Assembly: GCF_963921235.1 (NCBI RefSeq)
Contig: NC_086097.1
Span: forward strand, 10,726,001 to 10,790,000
DNA from: Mobula hypostoma
Taxonomy: Eukaryota
Direction: 5' to 3'
Length of the DNA stretch: 64,000 nt
This document shows, in pieces, positions 25,131 through 36,248 of the stretch. The notes under the pieces are model-generated. The model did no database searches. It saw only the letters and a program-made list of their open reading frames with translations, and had not been told where the DNA came from. The translations under genes and the position numbers were made by a program. Position 1 is the first letter of the stretch. Each line of letters starts with the position of its first letter.

Positions 25131-27617
25131 AGTCAGGGAGCCATTGCTTTCAGGGTGACTTTGACTGAGCTTGAGTTGACTGTAAACTGTTGGAATTAGA
25201 ATGCATTAGCAGCAGTAATTAACAGGAAAAACTGCACAAGGAGTATTTATTGCGATACTAATTACACAATCATACTCCCAAATGTATGAGTTTTCTGACA
25301 CTATACTATGCAGTAAGGTTTAGAGCAGACACAAAGATGACGAGGAACAATTAGACTCTGTGTAAATCCCCATGCTAAAACAAATTAAGTCAAAACCTGA
25401 ATGTAAATGATCCATTGCATTAAGGTAAACGGTTTTACCATGCTGTCTGAATGCCTCATCAGAACAAAACTAGGTGCATTGGAGAATCTCATTAGTTTTT
25501 TCCCAAAAGGAAGTTAATAGCATATTCACTTAGTCCGAGCCAGTGGAAGTTAGAATGTGACAGCATTCTTTAATGTATTAATTCGATAATGACCTGCCTT
25601 ACACGTGCTATGCTTGGTAGGAGGCATTGTCAGCAGAAAGTAGCTAACACATTTCAGCAATGCTCTGTCTCAGGAACACAAAGGGGTAGCTGTACACTTT
25701 GCGTGTCAATGTTAGGTGTTTCAGCCACGTGTCATGTAAATGTGGGGCCTTAAGGCCATAAGACCATATGATAAAGGAGCAGAATTAGGTCATTTGGCCC
25801 ATCACGTCTGCTCTGCCATTTCATCATGGCTGACCCATTTTCCCTCTCAACCCCAATCTCCGGTCTTCTTCCGTATCCCTTCATGCCCTGACTAATCAAC
25901 CTCTGCCTTAAATATACCGAATGACTTGGCCTCCACAGCCACTTGTGGCAACAAATTCCACAGATTCACCACCCTCTGGCTAAAGAAATTCCTCCTCATC
26001 TCTGTTCTAAATGGGCACCCCTCTATTCTAAGACCTCTGGTTTTGTATCTCCACAGAAGCTGCTTGACCCTACAAGTATTTCGAGCTCGTATTTACTTTT
26101 TTTTCATGTTTCAGCTCTTCTTGTGTTCTGCCACTCACAGTTCAAGCATAATCCTTTGCTTATTTCTATTGTCACTTTAGCTACCTTTCCCATCTATGAA
26201 CTGATGGCATTAAAGGCATCCTCTTCACCTTCACTTATTTGTTTATTTCTTTTCGACTTAAAATGCAAAAAAACCATTCAGGCCTCTTGAACCACATTGC
26301 TTTCCATCCCACCTACTTAACACTAGCCTAATTATAGGTGGGGTGGCAGGGTGGAGATATATCTCTGCCAAAGGAGATACAAGGCGCTTTTTCCCTCCTC
26401 TAGCCTGCAGGTTACCTTTCAGCAAGGTGTAGTGTCTGCTTAGTTTCCATGGGGGGTGGGGGGGGGGACATACAAACTTCCTTACAGAGGATTCTGGGAT
26501 TGAACTCTGAACTCCAACACCTCAAGCTATAAAAGCATTGCACTGACCGCTAAGATACCGTGGCACCAAACTCCATCCTGCCCATGCATCACCAACTCTG
26601 CGAGTCACTTTTTCATATTTCCAACAATGCTTTAATTTTGTTTTAATTCCCACAGGGGACAAGGCCATATTCCAGAGGTGCAGTCGTAGCACACTACATG
26701 CCAGACAACAGCTGGTACTCCCTCACAGTTTTACTCATTGTGAAATTTTGTGCCATGAAATAGACTTCCTAAGTTCAACCCCATCTGCGTTGGCAAAAGA
26801 TCAATGAACGGGATCAAAGCCAGGAATGTTCAAGTTCAGCTTTAATTGTCATTCCACCATATATGAATACCCAAATGACCAAACGAAACACTGTGACTCT
26901 GGGCCAGTGTGCCAAACACGTTACCAAAAGTTGGGCATAAAACAAAGCACATATAGCACATTTAAGACAGTTGTAAATTATAGTCACACAAAAAATATAT
27001 ATAGTCCAAGCTCCAGAGTCCATGAATGATGCAGCAGCCTGCAATCAAACACAATACAGCTTTGTATTTTGCCAAGTGAACACAGGAGGGCAGCTCTGAT
27101 GCCAGCCTCGATGCTGCACCACATCGCCTCCAAAACTGACTCACCTGGACTGCTGCAAACAGGCGATACATACGGCTTCAGGCCTAGTCCTTACTATGGC
27201 CCAGGACACGCAGCTCTCCCACCATCTGTCTCTCCAATAAATCAGTGACTTGCAATATACCACATTACCAATGTCCAAAAGGGTCTTGCAGTCACAAGAA
27301 AAGCAACTAAGATAATAGCTTCTGTTAGACTGCACAGTGCCTTCGCACACTGATGCCTCTCTGTAGCAGACAACAGCACGTTGGTGTGCAAAGGTAGTTG
27401 ATCTATAGATGAGATTGGATGAAATCAAATGGGAGCACAAGCTGTGGGATCAGTAGCCTATTTCTGCTCTTGTGCAATAGGTTAGAGTTAGAGCTAGAGT
27501 CAGAGAGCACTACAGCACAGAAACAGGCCCTTCAGCTCATCTCATCCATGCTGAACCTGCTAAATCTCACTGCTTTGCACCCAGACTATAGCATTCCATA
27601 TAGTAAGTGCTTGTTTT

Positions 27618-28952
27618 AGAAACATAGAAACATAGAAAATAGGTGCAGGAGTAGGCCATTTGGCCCTTCGAGCCTGCACCGCCATTCAGTATGATCATGG
27701 CTAATCATCCAACTCTGTACCCTGTACCTGCCTTCCCTCCATACCCCCTGATCCCTTTAGTCACAAGGGCCACATCTAACTCCCTCTTAAATATAGCCAA
27801 TGAATGTGCCTCAACTGTTTCCTGTGGCAGAGAATTCCACAGATTCACCACTCTCTGTGTGAAGAAGTTTTTCCTAATCTCGGTCCTAAAAGGCTTCCCC
27901 TTTATCCTCAAACTGTGACCCCTCGCTCTGGACTTCCCCAACATCGGGAACAATCTTCCTGCATCCAGCCTGTCCAATCTCTTTAGGATTTTATACGTTT
28001 CAATAAGATCCCCCCTCAATCTTCTAAATTTCAACGAGTACAAGCCTAGTTGATCCAGTCTTTCATCATATGAAAGTCCTGCCATCCCAGGAATCAATCT
28101 GGTGAACCTTCTTTGTACTCCCTCTATGGCAATGATGTCTTTCTTCAGATTAGGGGACCAAAACTGCACACAATACTCCAGGTGTGGTCTCACCAAGGCC
28201 TTGTACAACTGCAGCTGTACCTCCCTGCTCCTGTACTCGAACCCTCTTGCTATGAATGCCAGCATACCATTCGCCTTTTTCACCACCTGCTGCACCTGCA
28301 TGCCCACTTTCAATGACTGGTGTATAATGACACCCAGGTCTCGTTGCACCTCCCCTTTTCCTAATCGGCCACCATTCAGATAATAATCTGTTTTCCTGTT
28401 CTTGCCACCAAAGTGGATAACCTCACATTTATCCACATTAAATTGCATCTGCCATGAATATGCCCACTCACCTAACCTATCCAAGTCACCCTGCATCCTC
28501 TTAGCATCCTCTTCACAGCTAACACTGCCGCCCAGCTTCGTGTCATCTGCAAACTTGGAGATGCTGCATTTAGTTCCCTCATCTAAGTCATTAATATATA
28601 TTGTAAACAACTGGGGTCCCAGCACTGAGCCTTGCGGCACCCCACTAGTCACCGCCTGCCATTCTGAAAAGGTCCCGTTTATTCCCACTCTTTGCTTCCT
28701 GTCTGCCAACCAATTCTCTATCCACATCAATACCATACCCCCAATACCGTGTGCTTTAAGTTTGCACACTAATCTCCTGTGTGGGACCTTGACAAAAGTC
28801 TTTTGAAAATCCAAACATACCACATCCACTGGTTCTCCCCTATCCACTCTACTAGTTACATCCTCAAAAAATTCTATGAGATTCGTCAGACATGATTTTC
28901 CTTTCACAAATCCATGCTGACTCTGTCCAATGATTTCACTGCTTTTCAAATG
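27618..28952 (-). mobile_element. Young 5'-truncated CR1 LINE with uninterrupted 414-aa RT C-terminal ORF (27705-28949)
   Basis: [36 protein letters not shown]; (TTTCTATG)n tail at 27618-27640. Confidence 0.95.
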
Positions 28953-30668
28953 TGAAATTTTCTAAAAGTTGATGTAATCCATCATCTGTTAAATTCCACT
29001 ATTTTTTTCTTTCTGGACTTCTCATTATTCCCTCAGGCTTGTTCAGCTGTTGGGCTCCATTTTATTTAGAGATAGAATGCAGAACGTGCCTTTCTGGCCC
29101 AATGAGTTGCGCCGCCCAGCAACACTAGCCTGATCACCAGGCAGTTTACAATGACTAATTAACCTACTAACTGGTAAGTCTTTGGACTGTGCTAAGAAAC
29201 TGGAGCATCCAGAGGAAACCCATGCAGTTAATGGGAACGACAGCAACGGAACTGAACTACGAACTTCAATGCCCTGAGCTGTAATAACGTTATGCTAACA
29301 GCTATGTTACCATGACTCCTCTATGGTTTACTGTTGTGGATGCTTTCCCCAAAACTCTCTCACAATTAAAGCAAACGGTAATAGCCCATGGATCAACCAT
29401 AATTTTACCAGGGTCTGCACAAAGGCTGCCACTTTGAACTATTAAAGGCTCATTCTGATTTCTCTGTCTCTTGCTTTCTTCCTCCCTTTCTCTTTCACTC
29501 TCTCTCTGTCTCTCTTGCCCTCTCATTCACCTTTTTTCTCTTGAGAGAGAAGAGATAGATAGAGATCGAGACACTTAAAACCCATTAAAATCCACAATTT
29601 TCAGCAAGGAGAAGGGTTTTGCAAGCAGTCAACGATTATGTATAATATCTATCTATCTATCTATATATCTGTTGGTTGTCTGTTGATTTCGACAATGACG
29701 ATAGGAACCTGTGCTAAAATGGGAAAGTCCTTGCACTGGGGCATTTCCACTCTCTCGATCTCCGAAGCCCTATTCCAATGATACAGGAGATCATCAGAAC
29801 TGGGGACCTTCTTAGTTGCAGATGATGACTGTGACATCTTCTATGCCTTGCCATGCCCTTTGCTTTCCACAAAGCACTGTAGAACTACAGGTGATCTCAT
29901 CCACCCAGTCCACCAGAGCTGGCTCCGCATGCTAGGACAAGCATGTCACTATCTCACCTGGGTATGAGGCCTACATGCTACCCTCACCTGGTTTAGCCCA
30001 CCTATTGAAGCAGCGTACTGGCATGGGTCCCCTGTCACATTCAAAGAGCTACTTGGAACCACAGGGGAGAGCTGAGTGTCTGGTGGGGACCAAAGGTGGA
30101 TGAACTGTCCCAAGGGGGACACAACAAGCTCCTTCACAGAGGTGTTACCCTCCCTGAACACCCCATACACTGGTACACTATAGTACCATGCACAGGCCTT
30201 AGAGACATATATGTATGTAGCTAAGGTGCCTAAGGCTTCTGCACACTACTGGATTTGTCAATGAGAAGGGGAGAGTGAGTTTATAAATCTGGCAGGAGCA
30301 AATGATGTTGGGAATGTCGAGGGTAGGCGGCATGGGAGGGTGTGGGACAGGTGGCAGCAAAGGAGCGCCAGAGGCAGGGATGGAGGAGGTGGTGCAGGTG
30401 TAGACACACACAGTTCTGAAACACCAGGCAAGGATATTTGATTCCAAACAATTGGTTTATTGATCAATACAGAATGTTTCTCTGGTTCTTCCCACTCCCT
30501 CCCCTTTCTCTTCCCCTTTTCCCGACCATGATAACTTCTCCCTGTCCCCTTCCCACTCTCAGTCCACAACAAAGACCCATATCAGAATCAGGTTTGTCAT
30601 CACTCACGTATGTCATGACATTTGCATTTTTTTTGATGTAGCAGTACAGTGCAATACGTAAAATTACT

Positions 30669-30741
30669 ACAGTACTATGCAAAAGTCTTAGGTACTCCAG
30701 CTATATACTGTATACGTACCTAAGACTTTAGCAGAGTACTA
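30669..30741. repeat. Tiny palindromic Tc1/mariner-like MITE (a more decayed copy at ~30180-30251)
   Basis: TA-flanked CAGTACTATGCAAAAGTCTTAGG ... CCTAAGACTTTAGCAGAGTACTA inverted ends. Confidence 0.55.
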
Positions 30742-31171
30742 TTAATATGTGTATATATATAAAATGTGTTAAGAAAATAAAACAAAAATCAAAGCTAACG
30801 CAGTTACAAATTATTCAAAACATTAACCTGAGCGTTTGGAATTCACTATGGTAAAGCACATGTCAATTAACCAGTTGATAAAAAGCCCATGGAAAATAAA
30901 ACAGAATGAATGAAGTAGTAGAGTTTAAAAGGAATTTTATTTACTATGTACAGTGAAACAACCCCCATTAAAATCACTGGATTTGTGAATCTGCAACAAG
31001 TTGATCCTGGTGCAGGATATGAGAAGTGATGCTACAGCATAAATCATGGCAAATGTCACCAATACTGCACTCAGCATGAGGCCTATGCTTCTCAACATAT
31101 GCATTGAAGTCTGAGCTACACTGTTGTTTGAAAGACTATAAATATCAGCCGTTCCAGCATCAGCCAGCAAG

Positions 31172-31447
31172 TTAGTTACTTACTTAAACCCAATTCCCAC
31201 TGCAGGGGCGGAGGCCACAAACAGTTGCTCACCAGAGTCCTTTATCCTGGGCCAGTCTTTCAAGTTGTCCACAGGCGTAGCCCATCTTCTTGTTGGCAGA
31301 TCCTTTCTCTCCCAGGGATGAGGTCTTTGGGGCTTCTGTTAGCAGTTCTGTAGCTCTTTAGTTTTTAATGGGATGGGGTTGTTAACCCCATGTCCAGCCC
31401 TCCCCCTTTTGCAACTGGGCTTGGGTCCACCCATTGTGGAGTTAATT
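31172..31447 (-). mobile_element. Short retroposon with (TAAG)n tail inserted in the RNF213-like pseudogene
   Basis: 10-bp TSD AGCCAGCAAG at 31162-31171 and 31448-31457. Confidence 0.75.
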
Positions 31448-31707
31448 AGCCAGCAAGAACAGACTCAAAATAATCAGAAGCAGCTGAGGAAATACTTCTG
31501 CGTTAATGAATGAAAATATATTTGTAAATTTAATCATGAAATATACATTTTGGAAATAGGAGTAATTTTAACCATACTTCACTGGAGTTAAAGGAGGAAT
31601 GGTCCAACATTGCTTTTGTTGTCATGACACAATAAAAGATTTGCAGATTTATCTGTGGATTTCCACTTTGTACCATATAGTCTACTGTACAATATAGGAC
31701 TACTTTA

Positions 31708-31867
31708 TGTTGTAATAATACATCGTATTAAGCATGCACTATTAGGCACATATTGATCTGTACGTGGTCAGTTCGGGTTCTGTAAGTAAAAAGCCCCGTT
31801 AAGCTAGCTCCAGTCTCTAGCATTTTTATTTATAGTTTTGTTGTGTAACCCAGCCACATACACAACA
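31708..31867 (+). repeat. 5' LTR (160 bp) of a Gypsy-type element
   Basis: TGTTGT...ACAACA inverted termini; followed 3 nt later by PBS-like TGGTGACGAGG (31871-31881, resembling the complement of the tRNA-Ser(GCT) 3' end). Confidence 0.8.
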
Positions 31868-32253
31868 AATTGGTGACGAGGTTAATGAACCTGCATCGAA
31901 TCGGAACGCCGTGTTTTAATTGATAACGGCACTCAGAAGAGGCAGAGTGAGGCCACGAGTTTGAAAAGAAGCAGGAGTTCAGCCGAAGTCGGGAACGTTG
32001 GGAGACTAAAAGACACGGTTGGAGCCGCGGCGCGTCCAGGCGAGACCACAGCCGGCGCTGAACCCCAGGGTTGAGGGTCTGCCTGCCTCAGAAGGGAGAT
32101 TTAAAAAAAGAGCGACACACGCATCTAGCCAGAGTACGCTCGCGATGTTAGCGGAAAAAAAGGTCTTGTGAGTTGAAAAGAAAACAGGGGACCAGGGTTA
32201 AATTAATGAGGGACTGGGGCTAAATTAAACAAGGATAAATTAACACAACAAGG

Positions 32254-33672
32254 ATGGGGTTAATAGGAACCATTACAGCATTTGATAGTGGCATTGAAGA
32301 CTGGGAAAGAATAGAGTTATATTGTGATGCTAACAATGTTAATGAAGAAAAGAAAGCCAGTGTCATACTTACTGTAATGGGCGCGAAAATATACTGCCTG
32401 CTACGGAGCTTGTTAGCCCCTGAAAAGCCAGCTGACAAAGTGTTCAAGCAAATAGTAGACCCTCTCCAACAGCATTTAAACCCCAAACCACTGATCATTG
32501 CTGAAAGATTTAAATTCTATGATCGGAATCAGAGCAAAAATGAAAGCATTTCTGAATATTGTGCTGAATTGCGCAAATTATCAGAATATTGCCAATTTTT
32601 AGCCACAGGGTGGTGAATCTATGGAATTTGTTGCCACGGGCCAAGTCATTGGGTGTATTTAAGACAGAGATTGATAGGTATCTGAGTAGCCAGGGCAGCA
32701 AAGGTTATGGTGAGAAGGCGGGGGAGTGGCACAAAATGTGAGAATGGATCAGCTCATGATAAAATGGCAGAGCAGACTCGATGGGCCGAATGGCCGACTT
32801 CTGCTCCTTTGTCTTATGGTCTAATTTGGAGCTGGTTTATCAGACGCATTGAGGGATAGGTTAGTGTGTGGCATGCACTGTGAAACCACACAGAAGAAGC
32901 TCCTATGTGAAAAAGACCTTGGGTTCGAGGAAGCGCTAAACATCTCAATATCATTAGAAACAGCCCCACCAGGTACTTTAGAGATACAACAAAAATCTCT
33001 GGAATATGCTACGAATAAAATATCACTGAGCAGAAATGAAGGAGGGAAATGTTACCGTTTTGGAACAGGTCACATGACCCTGATGGTTGTTGGTTTAATG
33101 ACAAAGAATGCAGAAACTGTGGCAAACAAGGCCACGCTGGCAGAGTGTGCAAAGCTAGTAAACAGCAGGAAAAGGGCAAAATCCAGGGAAACAATAAACC
33201 CCAGGAAGGAAAATACAAGGTACACAAAATGAAAGAAGGCAGTTCTGATGAAAGCAGTTCCAATGAAAATGACTGAGATGAAACTGAGTTGTTTTGTCTG
33301 CAACTTTACAGCGTGAAAGAGACAGATGATCGAAGAATAATATGGATCACTCCACAAGTGGCAGGCGTGAGACTGAAAATGGAGTTGGATACAGGCTCAG
33401 CTTTAACAGTGATCTCTGTACATGACTACAAACAACTGTTTTCTCACATACCTCTGAAACGAACTAAACTACTGCTAAAGACTTACACAGGACAGAAAGT
33501 GCGCCCCGAAGGTAAAATTAAAGTGACAGTGACCTACAGAGACAAAACACAGCAGCTGAACCTCTATATACTGAAAAATGGAGGACCACCATTGCTGGGA
33601 CGTGAATGGCTCAGGAAAATCCAGTTGGATTGGCACACCATCAAGGCACTAGATGTGTCAACAAAGGAGTGA
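32254..33672 (+). pseudogene. Gypsy (Mag/K02A2.6-like) gag with zinc knuckles and aspartic protease; frameshifted and interrupted by a CR1 fragment
   Basis: ..PKPLIIAERFKFYDRNQ..ESISEYCAELRKLSEYCQF|GAGLSDALRDRLVCG; CRNCGKQGHAGRVC (CCHC); MELDTGSALTVIS..LLGREWL. Confidence 0.9.
32599..32822 (+). mobile_element. CR1 3' end inserted into gag
   Basis: CR1 3' consensus (GTGGTGAATCTATGGAAT..CTTATGGTCT) with TSD AATTT at 32594-32598 and 32823-32827; removing it restores CQFGAGLSDALRDR. Confidence 0.88.
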
Positions 33673-34065
33673 AGCTCGGCTGGGAAGATATCTGCAGCTC
33701 TCCTCTCACCCATTGTCGACTATTGCAATGACGAGGAGGAGCTAGACAGCATTGACAATGAAGCCGAGCACAGTATCCGTGGCCGCGACTCGGATGAGGA
33801 TTCGGAGGATGCAAGGGAGACAGATATTGCCAATAAGCAGGATGATGAAGACTACCTAGAAGTAAAAGAGCAGATGTACCAGGAGAAATTGACATCTCTG
33901 AAAAGACAGCTACAGCAGTTACAGGAAGGCACTTAGCAGGAGGATCAGAGAAGGATGAAGGAACTAAATCAACAGTACAAGGAAGGAATACGAATTGCAG
34001 AGCTTTTTCTGCAACTGGAGACAGAAAAAGTGGAAAGGAATTATATTAGAGAGAAGAAAGAAGTG
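33669..34065 (+). pseudogene. SUDS3: Processed (intronless) 5' fragment of SUDS3, Sin3-HDAC complex subunit
   Basis: From 33688: (I/M)[95 protein letters not shown]. Recalled human SUDS3: [92 protein letters not shown] has become ATA; TAG at 33934. Confidence 0.93.
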
Positions 34066-34772
34066 GAGAGAGCACAGGAGCGCCCACCTCAGACCGGCCT
34101 GAGCCGCAACCACCTCACGCAGCCCGTCAACAGCATGAGTGAGACCGAGACGGAGCAGCAATCCAAACAGCAGCGGCAGCAACAGCCAGACAAACCCAAA
34201 CCCCCGGGGAGAAGACAGTCATCGCAGCAAAGGTTCTTGGAACTGTAAAGTGGTTCAACGTATGGAATAGATATGGATTCATCAACAAGAATGATACAAA
34301 GGAAGATGTGCTTGTACATCGGACTGCTATAAAAAAGAATAATCCATGGAAATACCTCCGCAGTGTTGGAGACGGTGAAACTGTGGAGTTCGACGTAGCG
34401 GAAGGCGAGAAGGGTGCAGAAGCAGCAAACGTAACTGGTCCCGGAGGAGTTCCAGTCCAAGGAAGCCGATATGCTGTGGATAGAAATCATTATCATCATC
34501 ACAACCCTTGCTGCCCAGGTCCACTACGTAATTACCAACAGGACATTGAAGGTGGAGAGAAAGGAGATAGATCAGAGACAGCAACAGGTGGAGAAAACCA
34601 AGATGATCAAAATCAGCAACATCGCCCTGCTTACAGAAGACAGCGTTACTCACCTTACTTTGTTCATCGTCGCTATGGTCGCTGCCCACAATATAGCAAC
34701 CAGCCTCAGGGAGAAATTACTGAGGGTGGTGAAATAAATGAAAACCAGGTTGCTGGGGAAGAAGGTAAACCT
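34066..34772 (+). pseudogene. YBX1: Processed (intronless) 5' part of YBX1: 5' UTR, cold-shock domain and part of the basic/acidic tail
   Basis: ATG at 34135; after a 1-nt frameshift at ~34205: [110 protein letters not shown]. Confidence 0.93.
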
Positions 34773-35640
34773 AACAGAGGACAAAATCAATTCCATGCAA
34801 ACAGAACAGCTTTTGCTCAAGGTAAATTTTGAACCAATCATTTCCACCATTGAGAATCATACACTTAATCCTTTGCCGGAAAGTTCCTTTTGCATGTACA
34901 TATTTTAAATCCTCAGCCAATGTGTCTTGTTTTTCACAAAGTTGGGAAACAGCATCAAAACAGAGGCGAATTCTGGCAACAAATTGTAAGGTTTCTATTG
35001 TTGTATTTTCACACTTGTGCTGAATGTGCACCTGAAGGAATTCTCCCTCTTGAGTCCGACAGATGGCACTGCAGGTGATCCTTAATATCAGCAAAACTGT
35101 ACTTTAACAGCAGCTTAAGAACAATGGTACGAACAACATGATTTTGATCAACTGTGAAATCAAATGGTGAAGGATTAATGGTAAAGTACTGATCTTTCTG
35201 CGAGTCATTGGATTGCCCCGACTTTTAGACAATAGACAATAGGTGCAGGAGTAGGCCATTCAGCCCTTCGAGCCAGCACCACCATTCACTGTGATCATGG
35301 CTGATCATCCACAATCAGTACCCTTTTCCTGCCTTTTCCCCATATCCCTTGACTCCGCTATTTTTAAGAGCTGTATCTAACTCTTTCATGAAAGAATCCA
35401 GAGAATTGGCCTCCACTGCCTTCTGAGGCAGAGCATTCCACAGAACCACAACCCTATGTGTGAAAAAGTTTTTCCTCAACTCCATTCTAAATGGTCTACC
35501 CCTTATTCTTAAACTGTGGCCTCTGGTTCTGGACTCCCCCAATAACTAGCAGAGACTTCAGATCACCAACCACTTCTTTTGTTGGTGACAAGTCACCTTT
35601 GAAGTAGACATTTGCAAAGATTCAGCATGTCATCTAAATC
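34773..35640 (-). pseudogene. RNF213: RNF213-like E3-module fragment (best-conserved block), split by a CR1 3' end
   Basis: VYFKGDLSPTKEVVGDLKSLLV | SPFDFTVDQNHVVRTIVLKLLLKYSFADIKDHLQ | [43 protein letters not shown]. Recalled human RNF213: ICFKDNAPPEKEVIESLLSLLF..SPFNDVVDKTPVIRSVILKLLLKYSFHDVKDYIQ..SVEYLQEVARIRLCLD..NDWHRVYLVRKLSSQRGMEFV. Confidence 0.88.
35226..35542 (-). mobile_element. CR1 3' end inserted in the RNF213-like sequence
   Basis: GESRTRGHSLRIRGRPFR..NFFTHRVV..WNALP; (ATTGTCT)n tail. Confidence 0.88.
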
Positions 35641-35649
35641 TTTAACAAA

Positions 35650-36248
35650 CTTCTATAGATGAGCAGTGTAGAGTTGCAAAATTACCTGGTATGAAAACAC
35701 CGGAATGGAAAAGCTTACAAAAGGTAAAGGATACAGACCATTCCATCACAGCTAAAGTCTCCCCACTATTGATCATTTCTACACAGAGTGCTGTCGTAGG
35801 AAAGCAGCATCCATCATCAAGGATTCCCACCACTCAGGCCATGCTCTCTTCTCACTGCTGCCATCAGGAGGAAAGTATAGAAGTCTCAGGACCCCACCAC
35901 CAGGTTCTGGAACAGTTATTACCCCTCAACCATCAGCCCCTTGAACCAAAGGAGATAATACTACTCAACTTCACTTGCCCCATCACTGAACTGTTCCCAC
36001 GTACTATGGATTCACTTTCAAAGACTTCACATCCTATGTTATTGATATTTATTGTTTACTTTTATATTTACTAATCTTATCTTTTTGTACTTGCACATTC
36101 GTTGTTTGTTTGTCTCGTGTGTAGTTTTTCATTGATTCTATTGTTTTTCTTTGTATTTACTGAGAGTGCCTGCTAAAAAGAATCTCAGGAGTGTATATAG
36201 TAATATAAATGTACTTTGATAATAAATTAACTTTGAACTTTGAACTTT
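35650..36248 (+). repeat. Rex/Babar-derived 3' fragments. Similar copies at ~36945-37345(-), 42690-43090(-), 4470-4765(+), 7690-7880(+)
   Basis: Same GCAGCATCCATCATCAAGG..CTGCCATCAGG..AATAAA..ACTTTGAACTTTGA architecture as 3700-4290. Confidence 0.6.

Noticed and set aside
34308..34832. 174-aa ORF as a functional YBX1 gene or exon
   Set aside because: Intronless, frameshifted upstream, 3'-truncated, CpG-decayed and embedded in a Gypsy element.
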